Positions 24,342 to 37,997 are shown, numbered from the stretch's first letter. The stretch is DNA of 64,000 nt from Lepidodermella squamata (GCA_047495785.1 JBLDXI010000054.1:2046001-2110000), one strand, 5' to 3'. Notes: generated by a model not told the origin, from the letters alone. Made by a program: numbers and translations.

Positions 24342-24738
24342 ATGTACATGTTATTATGCTTATTCCTTATGTTCGCCATCGTCCAACATGTAGCCGGAGT
24401 GCCGCCGATACTTTTTGAAGTCGAGCGTCCTGAAGAACCGAAAAAACCGTTGATCGGCCTCAAAACTGGATCGGAGCCTTACCACCTAAGATTAAGTGAG
24501 TTCGCTGTCATTGTGAATTATCCTAACTATATTTACCGAACTTTTAGAATATATGATAGCTGGACTTGTGAGTAAGGGCGACGTTCAGGGCTTGAAGCAA
24601 CTGATGGATGACTTTGACAAGCTGAAGCGTATGAGCAAGTGTATAAATGTTCTCGGATCGCGGGCTGTCTGCGAGAATCGGGTTGGCTTCTACATTTGGG
24701 CGCAAATGCTAGCGAGGCAAATTATGAACGGCCAATAG
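24342..24738 (+). CDS. Secreted prepropeptide family, copy 6 (most divergent; exons 24342-24495, 24548-24738)
   Basis: Signal MYMLLCLFLMFAIVQHVAG; 52-bp phase-1 GTGAGT..TAG intron at the same position; KR-MSKCINVLGSRAVCENRVGFYIWAQMLARQIMNGQ. Confidence 0.85.
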
Positions 24739-25753
24739 CGAAATTATGCTTGCTTACTTGCTTGCACGATCACCATTTCGTTGCGTGTGTACTCACCTCA
24801 CTGCTGCAACAAGTTGATTTTTCACTGCTTGCCCAATTTTTATAATAAAGAAAACTTGGTTTCAAATTTGTCTTTCAACTAAACCGTGGACAGGGTTCCT
24901 TAGACCTTAGGACTTAGGTCTCCTCAAAAGGTTCCTATCAGCTTTCTCTTGGCGTTATATTCAAGGTTACTGGAGCGAAAATTTAAGATATTCGGAAAAG
25001 GTTCGGAAATTTGATATTCCTTACCGGAAATTTTTTCACTTTCGGCATTAGTCCAATCTCATTTTCCTCTTCTAATTGGATATGTGACTAATCAAGCCCA
25101 ATTCAGAACTGATCTGTTTGGTCATTTTCTTCAAATTTGATCCAAATTCCGAGGCTGGATCTTGAAAATCACCAGACTGTTGCGTAAGCTAATGAGCGTC
25201 CAAACCGTGAAGAGTCACCGTGAAATGTCCCACGTTTTCAGGTACTAGAAACTAGAAAAAATGTCCAAAATTTCAGGAAAATCAAGAATTACATTGGCAA
25301 AATTTTTAAATTTTTCGAGCGTTGCCTGATTTTTTCAACTTCCCACGTTTTTAATTGCAGAGACTAGAATTCTCAACATTTGAATGAAAATCATGAATCA
25401 AATTGGCAAAAATTTAGGATTTTTCCAGCCAAATCTGATTTTAAACTTTGAATTTTTTCCCTCTTAACTATTTTTGTGCGAGCCCAAACCTATTTTTAAC
25501 CGGATGTCAGACCCAGCCCACTGATGCTATTTTTGCATCTCAGCCCCGACACTGTAAATAGAATAAAAGTGAGGTTTTCTTAATTTCAATAATTAAGATG
25601 GCTATTTCTTTGCGAATCGACGGGTCCGATAGTTTTCGAGACTCGAGATCCCCCTGTTAAATATTATGTTCAATGACAACTTAGATATTTGATATCATAC
25701 GGAGTTTTATTGCATAGCAAAACATTCTTCGATATTGTGTCCTTGTTTTTAAG

Positions 25754-26720
25754 CTAATTAGTCACAGTTTTACAGTCTTCACTTGCATCCGTCTGCTCAT
25801 CGACAGTAGATATATCGCTTGAGCCAATAGAAGCTCGAGGTGCTTGCTAAAGTATAAATTGAAATTATTAACCGAAAATGCAGAAAATTGATTAAATAAA
25901 TTCATAAAAAAAATAATAGTTCCAAAATAAATAATATGAATTGAAAAATGCCTAATAAATAAATAAATAATTTTAATTCACAAAAGAAAATGAGAAAAAT
26001 ACGAATTTTAATTTTTTTTGTCTCAGGAGAAAGGTCGAAAAAACCGAAATTCGCCCCTATCTTTGACAAATCTTTGGGAATATGCTTACTCTGATGTTGC
26101 CAATGGAATTGCGAGCTTTGAACGCGTGGAAAGCGGAAATTGCGGAGCTGCTCGTTCGACAGTCGCTGACAGATCGCCGTAAGGACAAACGCGCTGTCCG
26201 GGCACGGACCAGTGAATTTCTTTCCAGATCGATGATTTCCCGCTGTTTATGCTGAAACTCGACCAGCTTGGACAGGAAATCATTCAACATGGCACCGGCT
26301 TGAGCTCGATATTCACGCTGACATTATTAAAAGGAAATCAGCTTTCATCTTTCATTCATCTATCAACGCACCTTTTCATCGTCACTTCGGTCGGAATTAT
26401 TGACGAGTTGGTAAATGGATTTGATTTCTTCACGGATTTGCTTCGCTGATTCTTCTGTCTTCAGTGCGATATTGTGGCTAGTTGAGAAAAAAATGAAATT
26501 GTAGCTAAATTATTCAAAAATTACTTACAGCTCTTTTCGCATATTTTCATCATCCTCAGGGGATCCTATTTTGGCAATGAAAGGCGGTAGCTTCGCGACT
26601 AGAATTTAATTCGATAATAAAAGTTCGAAATTCCCAAGAAAAAATGTCCTTACAGTGCTCGGTGAAAATTTCGATTTTCCCAGATAAAGTCAAAGCAGCT
26701 GTTTCGTAGTCTTCCCACAT
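25754..26720 (-). CDS. Syntaxin-7/12-like Habc-domain protein lacking SNARE motif and TM anchor (about 187 aa; exons 26720-26654, 26598-26529, 26477-26372, 26317-26090, 25846-25754)
   Basis: Spliced frame MWEDYE...KIGSPEDDENMRKELHNIALKTEESAKQIREEIK...LNDFLSKLVEFQHKQREIIDLERNSLVRAR resembles the Syntaxin_2 (Habc) pattern; all junctions are GT-AG and in frame. Confidence 0.7.
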
Positions 26721-27524
26721 CGTTGTAAACAAAAAATAATAAAAAAATCCTACAAAATTTGAAAAAATTAAAAAAGCTCGTATGATTTTCCTCTCAGGTA
26801 TTTCTAATTAAAATTGATAAAAAATTATTCAAGTGTTTTGATATCATTCGTCACCTATAAAAAATTGCAAGGAATACAAAAAATAATTGCGGTCCTATTT
26901 TTTGTATAATATAACATCAGAGTATGTGTGACGCAGCTTTGTTTCCATTAAACAAAGCATAATTTCGTGCCTCCACAAGGTAACATAGTGGCTGGTTCAT
27001 TTTCGCACTGGTAAACTGAATGCTGAATGCTGAACGTGTCAAAATTTATTACTCGTCGCGCATTGCGAGGCTCTGGAACAAAAAGAAACGTATGCAATAC
27101 CTATATTATATTCATCATTCATCTTTTGTAGTGATAAAACAAGTCTCACCGTATAGTAAGTTTCGAGGCCTCAGTATACGCGCCGTTTGTTATTTGCGTT
27201 ACACCGAGCGATAGTAATTTTGCGAGGTGAGAAAAGTTATACTTATACAGCGAGTGTTTCGCTATACACACTCTCCAGCTTTTATAAGACACGCGGCAAT
27301 AACAGCGCCGGGTAAACACACGGCCCAAGCTCCGGTCAGTGCTTTTTCAGGAATCATGGTATAACCTAGAAGGAACTTTTCAGTGAAAGCATCCATTAGG
27401 GTCTCCAACAGAGATTTTTTCATTTTTCCTTTCACAGACAAAACTTGAATGAAAAGGGGCCATCATCAAGCGCGGTTCAAATTTAAGCCTTCCAGCAACA
27501 CATGGTTTAGATTTTTCGGGTGTG

Positions 27525-27900
27525 ACTTTTTTCATCAGACATATGTCTGCTTTTATCAGACAAATGTCTTATTTCATCCGACATCCTAGAATGTGACTTT
27601 AATTATCCGACAAATCCTTTCGAAATCAGGATTTCGAACAGTATTGAACCCTTTTTTACGTCAAAGGACGTCATCTTGAAGTCCCGATTCCGCCAACTCA
27701 TGGGTTCCTCAAGGTATTTCTGCTTTTGGAATCGATTGGAGCCACGGATAGAAAATAAAGACTCGAGATTTTAGGTTCCTGGGCTTGGCTATTGGGCAGA
27801 GATGCTCGGCAAAGTTTAAATTTAGGCAAATTTCATGTCGGTTATTTTGAGTCACATTTTAGGTTGTCGGATAAAATAAGACATGTCTGATAAAAAAAGT
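27525..27900. mobile_element. MITE-like inverted repeat
   Basis: ACTTTTTTCATCAGACATATGTC...CCGACATCCTAGAATGTGAC versus GTCACATTTTAGGTTGTCGG...GACATGTCTGATAAAAAAAGT. Confidence 0.6.
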
Positions 27901-27949
27901 TATTCTCGATTTTTCGATTTAAAAAATCAGGGATCAGGGACTATTCCGA

Positions 27950-28244
27950 TAATTAGTCTTGGAAGGCAAAATTCAAAATTTAAAATCCGAATGAAATTTT
28001 CACCGGATAATGTAGCTATTTTTGGCTAAATGCCCCAGATATGCCAAAAATATGCTTATAAAACATCTAAAACCCCAGCATATTGTCGATTTTTTCCACG
28101 AATTTTTCTAACATTCTGGGATTTATTTACATCTGGCATACTTTGGGGGCATTAAGCCAATTCCAGAAAATGGCTTGAAATTGGCTTCCGGTGAAATTTT
28201 CGTTCGGGATTTTAAATTTTAATTCTGGCCTCCAAGACTAATTA
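27950..28244. mobile_element. MITE with about 55-bp terminal inverted repeats
   Basis: TAATTAGTCTTGGA..AAAATTTAAAATCC..GAAATTTTCACCGGA versus TCCGGTGAAATTTTC..GGATTTTAAATTTT..TCCAAGACTAATTA. Confidence 0.7.
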
Positions 28245-29247
28245 CCTGAAAAATCACTGATTTTTGAAATCGATATTTTGAAACAATTTGGGTTGTACAG
28301 GCTGAGGCATTATTGGAATGCCGATAGCGCGAAATTCAGTTAATAGTGAGATATGTATCAGTTGAGCAGGATGAAAAAAATCGGTTAAAATATCGAAAAT
28401 TACCGAACCACCCGCCATCAATAGTTGAGTCACCCTGCGGCTTTCTCGCAATTATTATTGCGCCCTTGAACCACCAGCAAAGATTTTTCATCTTTCATCT
28501 TTCATCTTGCAATCAAGGTGGATTTTTTCAATCTGCGTAATTTTATTGCCTTCTCAAAAATGTAATAGCTTTTTTTTTAATCTGGACGCAATGAGACAAA
28601 TTGTCAATTAATTTCCAATAATAAACAATAATTATTGAAATTCTATAAGGTAAACATGGATGTTTTAAATTAGAGAAGAGGTATCCGATGCGATTGAGGA
28701 AATTCGAACAAAAAAAACGAAGAAGATGAGATGCGAACATAAAAATAGCGATGATAACAGATTCCAAATTATACAGAATCTTTGAAGCAATTTGTTTGTT
28801 TTCGTAATTAGAGCTGCGAATTAAACGTGCGTCAAACGAGCACCGAATTTTTTATGCAATTAATTATTCAAGTTATACATGGGACTAGGTTCGAGGATCA
28901 GGTCTTAGACGTTATAAATAATTATCCTAAAATTATTTACAAATTTAGCCGAGAATTCTATAGATGATAAGCGATATTATAGATAAGCCGCCGTAATTTT
29001 TGCCGAATACATAAAATTATAATAATTTTTTCTCTCAGATGTTAATTTAAAATTGAAAGACTTGGTCGATATATTCAGGTATCTATGTTCAACTTCAGAT
29101 TTTTTCGCCTTTTTGATTAAACTTTCGTATATATAGCCGCGATGATCACTGTTTTCAACAAAGGCGCGTTTTCTTGTCATCAGGTTGAGATAAAAATAGC
29201 GAGACGCCTTTGTTTGTTTTTTTTTAAATAATTCGTTGTTGATTTTT

Positions 29248-31073
29248 TCAATGTCGTAAATAGGCAACGGCGAGAATGGAGATGGCGCTGATGAGCAGCC
29301 GCGATGGAAGGTGGTACAGGTTCGAAGCTCCAGAGTCGTTGCAGTGGTCACTGTTGCAGCAATTAACGCCTATCACCTGCGCGGATGAAAACGAACAAAA
29401 AATTCTTGAATTTTTGGGGTATTTATCAAGGTTTTTTTTACTCGTGTGTTAATTTCGCCGAGGGTGAAGAACGGGATGTCGGTGCCGACGAGGCGGGCCA
29501 GGGCTGAGCACATGCTGGCGGTGTAGCACGATTTCAGAGTCAGCGGCTGGTTGTTCGTGATATCCATAAGTCGAATCGTCTAAAAAATCAAGTTGAAAAA
29601 TTATTTTTTAGGCAAAATTCTCTCTTCATTGGTTGAATATGGAAAGAAAATGTCGCTTTGATAGCGCAATTAGGATATTTGAAATTTTGACATTCATCAT
29701 TTCCATCACTCGGCTGCGAGTGGGCCATGTGAGCACCTTAAATCTAGGGTTCCAGCGCTATATTTTAAGATCCAGCTTTCCCAATTGGGTATTCGAGTTT
29801 ATGCTTTCCCTAAAAATCCAAATTTTTCCGGATCGGTATATCTTTTATATGTGCTATAAGAGTCAGTTCAAATCCGCGAATCCAATATCAATCACAAGTA
29901 TCGATTTTTACAAACAGCGATTTTCGTGGCATTGGCATTCTAGGAATTAGGAACCCTAAAAATTTTATTTTCGTGCATAGCTGAGGGTAACAGGTATCTA
30001 AAGTAACAAATTCCTTTGGGATAAGGTACATCATTATCGATCAACAAAGGAAAAGATCGAATCGCAAAAATTGTAAAATTCAGGTTTCAAGCTGGAATCT
30101 ACGAGCGTTTTATTAGGTTCCACCCACCTTAAAATAAATAATGGGGGAAAAACCAGCAATAGATGCCACCCACTAGCGACATATAAAGAATCCTAAATTA
30201 TGGTCAAAAATGAAATGGTTTGAAACTTCTAATTGCTCTAGAAGTTTCAAAGGATGCAATTTGTTGAGGAAATGAAAAAATTCCTAAATTTAAGTCAAGT
30301 GAAGTCAAGTAACCTTAGCCAGTTTCGAGCAAAATATTAACCATAATTTTGATGAACTTCGGACGACCATTTTTCGGTTTCAATGGGTCACGGCGTAAAT
30401 TCGGAGCTTCTCAAAAAACAAACTTAAGCCCGAAACCCTGGGGATTTTTTCTAAAATTCCCACGCAATCCGGACAATATCCGTAAAATTTATGTATAATT
30501 GCTGAAGGTAAATTTCAACTTTTGATGTGTCTCAACAAGGTTAGAGCTAGGCGAAGAAATGCTTTTTAGCGAAACTTACGCCGCAAACGTTTGAAGTTGC
30601 ATCGCAGGTAACAGCCCCAAGCTGGTTGATGTAGGTATACAAGGGCGATCCGCTCGTCATGCACGCCTTGCTGTCACCCTGGCACGAACAACACTGCGAG
30701 CACTGTAGGGCAGCTGGAAAAAAATTACAAAAAATTATACAAAAAATCCAATAAATTGCACGTAAAACTATTTGGATAAAAAATGTTATGGAAAAAATAA
30801 TGTATGAACCCAAAATTCTATTTGGTCATCTATATTTTGTATGAAAAAAATCCGGTTTTTCTCTATTATTTTTTTTACCTTTCCCACCCAATCGAGTGGC
30901 CCTGATGTTAGCTAACAATTTTTCCAGGTTTTTTCGAATAAAAATAAATTTAAAGGCTTACTCGCTTGCCGTATGCTGAAAGAAGCGAAGATGGCCACAG
31001 CCAACAGGGTGACCAGAGACCGGTTATTTGAAGCCGAGGCGATACATCCGATTGCAGCCCTAACGCGACCCAT
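29248..31073 (-). CDS. Ly6/uPAR (three-finger) GPI-anchored protein (exons 31073-30962, 30713-30580, 29579-29442, 29376-29248)
   Basis: Signal peptide; LQCSQC start; terminal CCNSDHCN motif; small-residue omega region then hydrophobic tail LLISAISILAVAYL; phase-1 intron after the signal exon, as is typical of Ly6 genes. Confidence 0.85.
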
Positions 31074-32415
31074 AACAGCTATATAGGTCTCAACTTACGA
31101 CCGGAAGAAATAAAATCGGTAAATAAAGATGATGATGAAAAAATGCACCGTAATATTAATACAACTAGAGAAAAATAATTGTTGGTAAATATTATATTCA
31201 AGTAGTCAACAAGAAGACTAGATGAAGAAAACAAGTGCTGAATTCAATTATCGATAAAATCTAACCTTAGTATCGCTGGCTATAATAATAATATATTAAA
31301 TTTATTTTTCGAAAAAATAACGGATGGAATAGATAGATAGTTTTCCTGTGAGAAAACGAAGCAGGGTAAATCACTGCATGTTTGTACTACTGTTTTTATT
31401 TCATTTCTATCAATTTCGATGATGAGTGGGACCGGGCCGCGCAATGCCGCTAATGGAGCGCGCGCGCGCAATCATATTGAGCGAAAGACAAAAGTGCGGG
31501 TTAATCACTGCTGATTTTTTGACGATGATGACGAAAAATATTACATGCGCGACCTTAAAAATGATGACGGGTAGGAGTTTTGGCCGCTTAGACTCAAGAT
31601 TTTGTTATTATGATAATTTTTCGTCGTCGGCGGGTGGGAAGAAGCGAGCGCGTGCCTCGAGTTATTATCGCGACATAATAATGCCATTTGCATAGAAAAT
31701 CACGAAGCCAAAACGCCGGCTGTTGTGGCCAATTATGCCACCGAAGCGCGGCCTCGCGGGAGCTTTTTTGCCTTGTCGCGGCGGCGACTTGTTCGCTCGG
31801 TGCAAACTTGATGTTGTTATAACAATAATCGGTTGCGCGCTGTGATAGTCACCTATCTATCTATATACTTACTTATTACAGTGCGTGATCATTATTTTTA
31901 TTACTGAAGGGTGACACATGTTGCGCGCGTGCCACGCCTTATTTAGCGCGCAAAAAATATATTTTGTAACGTGCGGTCGAAAAAACACGTGTTTATAACC
32001 ACCAGCTAGCTATAGCTACTGTATAATATAGCCGGACATCCGACTAGCAATTATACTTGATTGATGATAGCTGAGATGAGACTAGGAGGAAAGTGACCGC
32101 TAAAATGATGTCCGGACTGAATAAAACTCAACGTGGCTGAATGATGACAGCTGAATTGCTTCACACCAAGAAGTAATGGTTTTGCTATAACTTAGCCACT
32201 GGCGAGCTAAGAAGAAACTTATAAGAAGGTACCTAGTCCTGAGATGGTTCCGAAAGTGAACCAATTCAGGGCATAAAATGCGCGGGCAACATTGAAAGTT
32301 GGATTTTGAGGCTGAAAATCAGAAAAAAACAATTTAACCTACTGTTATAGCAAGAAGATAGCGAAACAATTCTCCAGCAGCCTACTTTGAATTATCGAGA
32401 GAATTTTTTATCTTT

Positions 32416-32488
32416 TTTGATCAAAATTGGATTAATTTGATCAAAATTGGATTAATTTGATCAAAATTGGATTAATTTGATCAAAATT
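32416..32488. repeat. 20-bp minisatellite (TTTGATCAAAATTGGATTAA), about 3.6 copies
   Basis: Perfect tandem copies. Confidence 0.9.
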
Positions 32489-35400
32489 AAAATGAAAAAT
32501 AGCTTGAAACGATTAAACAGAATATTTTTACAAAAACTCATCCTCAAGGTCATAATTGACAAATTCAAATATTTACTGGGAATTCTCTAATTTTTTCTTG
32601 TGGATAAAACAAATTTGATCTCGCCAATATTGCCACTCGGTGTAAGGTTTTAAATTCATATAAGGACAGTCCTTGGAAAAATTGCGGATCTTCGATTGAT
32701 TTCTTGGATAATTAACAGTCATTTCCAATATTTTTTCTATAAATCGAAGGAATTCCTAATATCATCAAACAAAAAATGGATGGGAATAACTGCGAAAATT
32801 ACAGCTATTCATAAGAATATTTTTCGTGTTTTTACTATCGGATCCTAGTATTAGCCCAACGAACATCGTTGCTATTTATATAATATGAGTAGGGTAATAA
32901 ATTTTTGCGATAGCAGCCGAAACGGTGTGGTAAAACGTGGTCCCGCCGGTCGCCGGGCTGTAATAATTGCTTTTACGCTCGAGTGAATAGGTGGCGGGCG
33001 CTTCCTCTTTCGCTTAAAAGGGCGCCAGAGTGAATTTAATCACCAACACTCCAAGGCGCAATAATATCGCAGGCAGTTGTGGTATAATATAAAAACGCGA
33101 GCGCGTCTCGCATTATTAAGGCGGTTGGAAAAGGCGCGCGCGTGACACACAATATATAATCATTTTATTAACCCTCGATGCGCGCACGCGCACTTTTTAA
33201 TTGTCAATAAAAATATTACGCGCGCGCGCGCAACAAAAAACTGTTGACGTCAACAAAATCCTGCTGTTGTTGTGAAGAGACCGTATCGAGATCGGGAAGG
33301 AGCGGAAAAAGGGGGGTTATTTATATTTTTATACTACACCCCATATATATGCGATATTAAGACAGCGCCGGGCGCCGATGGTTGTTATCGTTGTTAATCA
33401 CAACAATTTAATACAAGTTTTATTATTGTTGCCGGGTCAAATCGAACAGGTAAAGGCCCGGCCTAATGAATGAGATAAACCCCGGCGGTGAAATGGGCGG
33501 TGTTCAAAATGAAATCAGGCGCTGATAAAAGGTACCTATAATATATTGTTGTGGTTGTTGTTGTTATTGTGTCTCTCTACAATATATAACATGGAAAAAT
33601 CTGATTATAATATATACATCATCAGGTAAATTCACCTGCGATTTCTGGGTCGAGAAATACAATTCATAAGACAGCGCAGCGAAACGTTGTAAATAAAACG
33701 CGGAATTACAGGTGCCTATTTATAGTAAATAATATAATGGCGATAAGATGCACGCTTGAATAAAACGCGCGTGCGTTTGCGGCTCGAGGCGCACGCGCGC
33801 GCTTCCGACGCGCTTCGATGGCTTTTCTGTTATCAATTAACAAAATAACAGACGCGCGCGCGCACGCACCTGACCTACTTATATAATATAGTGCGCGCCC
33901 GCAAAATCCACCTTAACTATAATCGCGAGCAATAATAAAGTGATTTATTTTATTTACTCGCACAGGTGGGCAAGCGCTTTCAAGAGCTCCGGTTCCAGCT
34001 GTTAATTTTTTCAGCATGCCTAACCGAACGATCGCCCCTAAAAGCAGGAGATGAAACGTAAAACGGTATAATAAAACCCGATCGGTTTTTTGAAACACGA
34101 TAGGTATATATGTTATAGTTGTAGTGCATACTGAAGGCTAACGCGTAGCAGCAGCAGCAGCAGCAGCAAAAAAAGCTATTTTTCATCGGAAAATAAACAG
34201 TGGCTATAAAAATAAGTGGCGAAAATTGATTGAAAAGAAAGGCGGCGGCGCGAAGTTGCGCACCTTTTTTGGTATCGGTGCGAATCAAGAAAGTTGGTTT
34301 TGTGTATTTACAACTCAAGTGCTTCCGCCAAGATTTAGACACGTGGGAGAATCTGAAATAATAAATCCTCAGCAACATATATAGGTGCTTGTTCTATGGC
34401 TTACAGCCATGTCGCATCAGATAATTCGGAAAAATAATTAAGGAGGATATTTTATTAATAAGTTTCTGCAAAAAAATAGAGACAAATTAAGTAAAAATTT
34501 TACAAATATTAAATAAGGCTGGATGGAATATTTACACGAAAAAATCGGGAATTTCGAATTTAAGGAGGATTTGTTTGGAAGATACGGCGAAAAAAGTAAG
34601 GAATATTAAGAAGGATTTTTTATGTACAAAAAACGAGAAAATAGTACATATTATCAGGTAGCTGGACTCTTATTATCTATAGCTTTCTGCTCCGAAGCTG
34701 TCAAGAGCGGAAACACAATATAACGCAGTCGCGCATCTGCTGGGATTTTTGCGTGCGCGCGCGCGTGCCACCAAAAATGTAGGTCATTAGCGCGCGCACA
34801 TTCAATTTGACATGTTTTTTCCGGCCCAACCCTCATTATTATATAACGCGCACACACTAGCAGAAACGCGCACAGTAGTAACGCGGGTAATTATCGCACG
34901 CATGTCGTATTAACAATAATAATTAATAATATCTCTAGCGTCGTTGCTATACAGTTGACCCACATCCGGCGCGCCACGCTCCGTTTCATTTTAGGCGATT
35001 TTCATCATCGATTGGCGCCAGACAAAACGGTATGCTCAGATATACAGCTATATTATATATAATACGTCTGCAGTCACCCACCTGTTGTAGGAAGTGGCAA
35101 GACTCGAGGATGGGCGGCACAATGGCGCCGGCCGGGGCCAAGTGACAAATAGACCACTTGGCTCGAGATATTTCATGCGGATTATTATTACTTGCCATTT
35201 TTATACCCCGCCCCGCGTTATCGTCGTGTTATTCCGACCCCACTACTACGACTCCCTTGTTGTGTTGGGTTGGCGCGAGTGTTTTACCGCGCGCGCATCC
35301 TCACAATAATAATAATACAGAGGCCGCAAATATCGCCGACAAGGTGAGCGCGTAAACATGCCTCTCGATGGCGACAAAATCCGCCCGCCAGACCGTAGTA

Positions 35401-37919
35401 ATATACAGCTCGTGCGCGTTTGTTATTGTATATTCGCCTCGGTATATTATATTCGCTTTTGGATATGGGAAAAGGCCGTACGAAAAGAAGCGAAAAGATG
35501 AACAATGGCTATATGCGATGTCATTATTATCTCACGACTTGAGCATCCTTATTTCCGGTGTGGCCGGCGCCTGTTGCAGACTTGAGCGGACGAAAAGCAG
35601 GACTCTGTGGCGGCAAAAACAGGCACAATGAGGAATCTTCATGTTCCATATTCTGCTTTTTTTTCCTATATAACGGAGAAACTCGAGCGAGATGAAAAAC
35701 ATTATGCCCGTACCTAAATAGATACCGTAACAAAGAGTAACTATAGACAAACCCTTTTCCTTTTCGAAGGTTGAATATCGGATTTTTTTCCGACATTCTG
35801 TAATTTGAAACAAATATGGGGGTGGCGATCCCTGTCTTTCCTAGAATTTATCAGAATTTTTTCTTTTTTTTTCGGCAAAAGAAAATGGGCAAATCGCATG
35901 TTGAAATTGCCCAAAAATTACTCGAATACATAAATTCAGTTTAAATTAGACGAATTTATAACCTTGATGGTATAAAAATTGATCGATGCTGAGGTCCAAG
36001 CCGGTTGATATCGGAAAAATCACTGATTTATAAATCGATTTATGGAAGCGATATCGGAAAAGTTGAACTTGTGATACGGATCATGGCATATGATTACAAA
36101 AAATTTGAGATTTTATCGAAGAAGTGAATCTTGGAATGCCATATTTTGGGGAGATCCAATGCTAATTAGGCTCAAAGTTGGTGCTGGATCCTGGAACCCT
36201 AAATTGAGGTTGTGCACGTGGCACAACCGTTAATTATTTGCCAAGCCCAAAGTATCCAAAAGGTTCTAGGTTACCCTGTCCGAAATCACCCGATCTAATC
36301 TTTCATTACTATCTCCTTATCACCTCAGGTATACACTGAACCCCGAATAGCATTTTTTCCAAGTTTTTCATTCGGCGGGAGAATCAAACTAATCGAAAAA
36401 ACCAACGATCGAATTAGTATATTAGCGGAATAATTCATTTTATAAAAATTTGCCGAATTCGGGATTTTCGGGTTTTTTCGGTAGTTCAAACTTGAAACCA
36501 TTGTCGGGTGAAATCCTATTTCTAAAATCGGTTCGTTAGAATGACAAAAATTAAGGTTCCCTATGGTCCAAATTGGAGTAAAATTTTGCTGTGAGCAAAA
36601 AATTGAATAATTTTACGCAATAATTACCTGAATAATTCTACAAATTGTCCATGTTTTTTCCTAACTGTGCGGCCTTAGGTAACTCATTTCGGCGAATTTA
36701 TTTATTTCAAGATTTATTGATGCATTTTTAGATCATTTCAGGTACAGGGTGACTCAATCCACCTTGATCAATCGCGATACTTATTTCTTTAATAGGGATC
36801 CCACGAGCAAGGCATTGACAATTGCCCTTTTTCACGTGATTACGGCCAAATAATGTTGGTCATTCCTGTCCTGTTCTGTCCTCTGTCCACATGCCTCCGT
36901 GTTTACCTTGGAGTATTTTCCTACTCGTGCTGTATCAACATCAACCGCAAGAAATACCGCGCATAACGTTATTTAGCATAATAACATGATACCCGCGCTT
37001 CGTCATGGTAAAATACTGGTCAAGACGAGTGGAAAAATGTTAATGAGAGGCGCCCGGCATGACGTTCACCAGCGAGCATCATCACAAAACAAAACGAGGA
37101 GCGCCGGCGGCCGGCGGCTTTTTGTGACTCGAGATGCCGCGCGTGTTTTTGCATATTTTCTGATATTGTAATAATATGACCACCTCGGTTTTATCATATG
37201 CGAACGGCGGGAACAAAGCCAACAAAGCCAACAAGGGTGAAGCGACCCGGCGGCGTAATTCAAGGACCTTGGAAAAAGACGGCCTGCTTTGTTCAGCGAT
37301 AAACACTTCAAAGTATTGTTATATAGGAGAAAAAACGGGCCGGGAAAACAAGGATAACAAAATAAATGTGATGGGGAAAACGTTACTTCTACTAGTAAAT
37401 TCGGAGGGAAAATGGGGAAAAACCCCAGAAAATTCTATTACTAAATTTAAAATTTAACGAAAACATTTCTCGGCCGATATTAGAATATCGTCGATCAGCG
37501 TACAACGAATAATAAGTTCCAGCTAAAAACCAGCTTCTGCCAGAAAAGCATCTGAAATTTGGAATAAATTTGTGGAAGGTGGCTGCTGATTTTTCAGCAA
37601 ATTTTGAGAATTTTCCGATTTTTTTCCGAAATTACAGCGTATCCCAGAAGTTGCACGACTACGTCCTGGGCTACAGATGACGAAGCGGCCGCTACGCCTA
37701 CTGGTCTCTAAGCGTAAATACCACAGCTATCCGATTAAATTCAAACTTAGCATTGGCTAAAAAATTGAAAAATTGAGGAAAATAAAGACCGCACTTGAAT
37801 AATCGCCGCACTTTTTGCCTCTTTTTCAAAAAATCAGGAAAATTAGTCGCCGCGGCCTTTATACTGCAGTTTACGGCATTTCATCTTTTATCCGCGATTT
37901 AAGCGAAGAAATAAAAAAT

Positions 37920-37997
37920 TTACCGGACAAAACCCTGAAAATCCGATGGTAACTGGTTCGGTAATTTTCGGTATTTTACTCGGTCGGACCAAATTTC
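37920..37997. repeat. Dispersed repeat family member (inverted copy at about 52994-53075, related copy at about 28375-28420)
   Basis: CGATGGTAACTGGTTCGGTAATTTTCGGTATTTTAC matches the reverse complement of GTAAAATACCGAAAATTACCGAACCAGTTACCATCG. Confidence 0.6.

Noticed and set aside
32416-32488. CRISPR-like array
   Set aside because: Head-to-tail repeats with no spacers, in eukaryotic DNA
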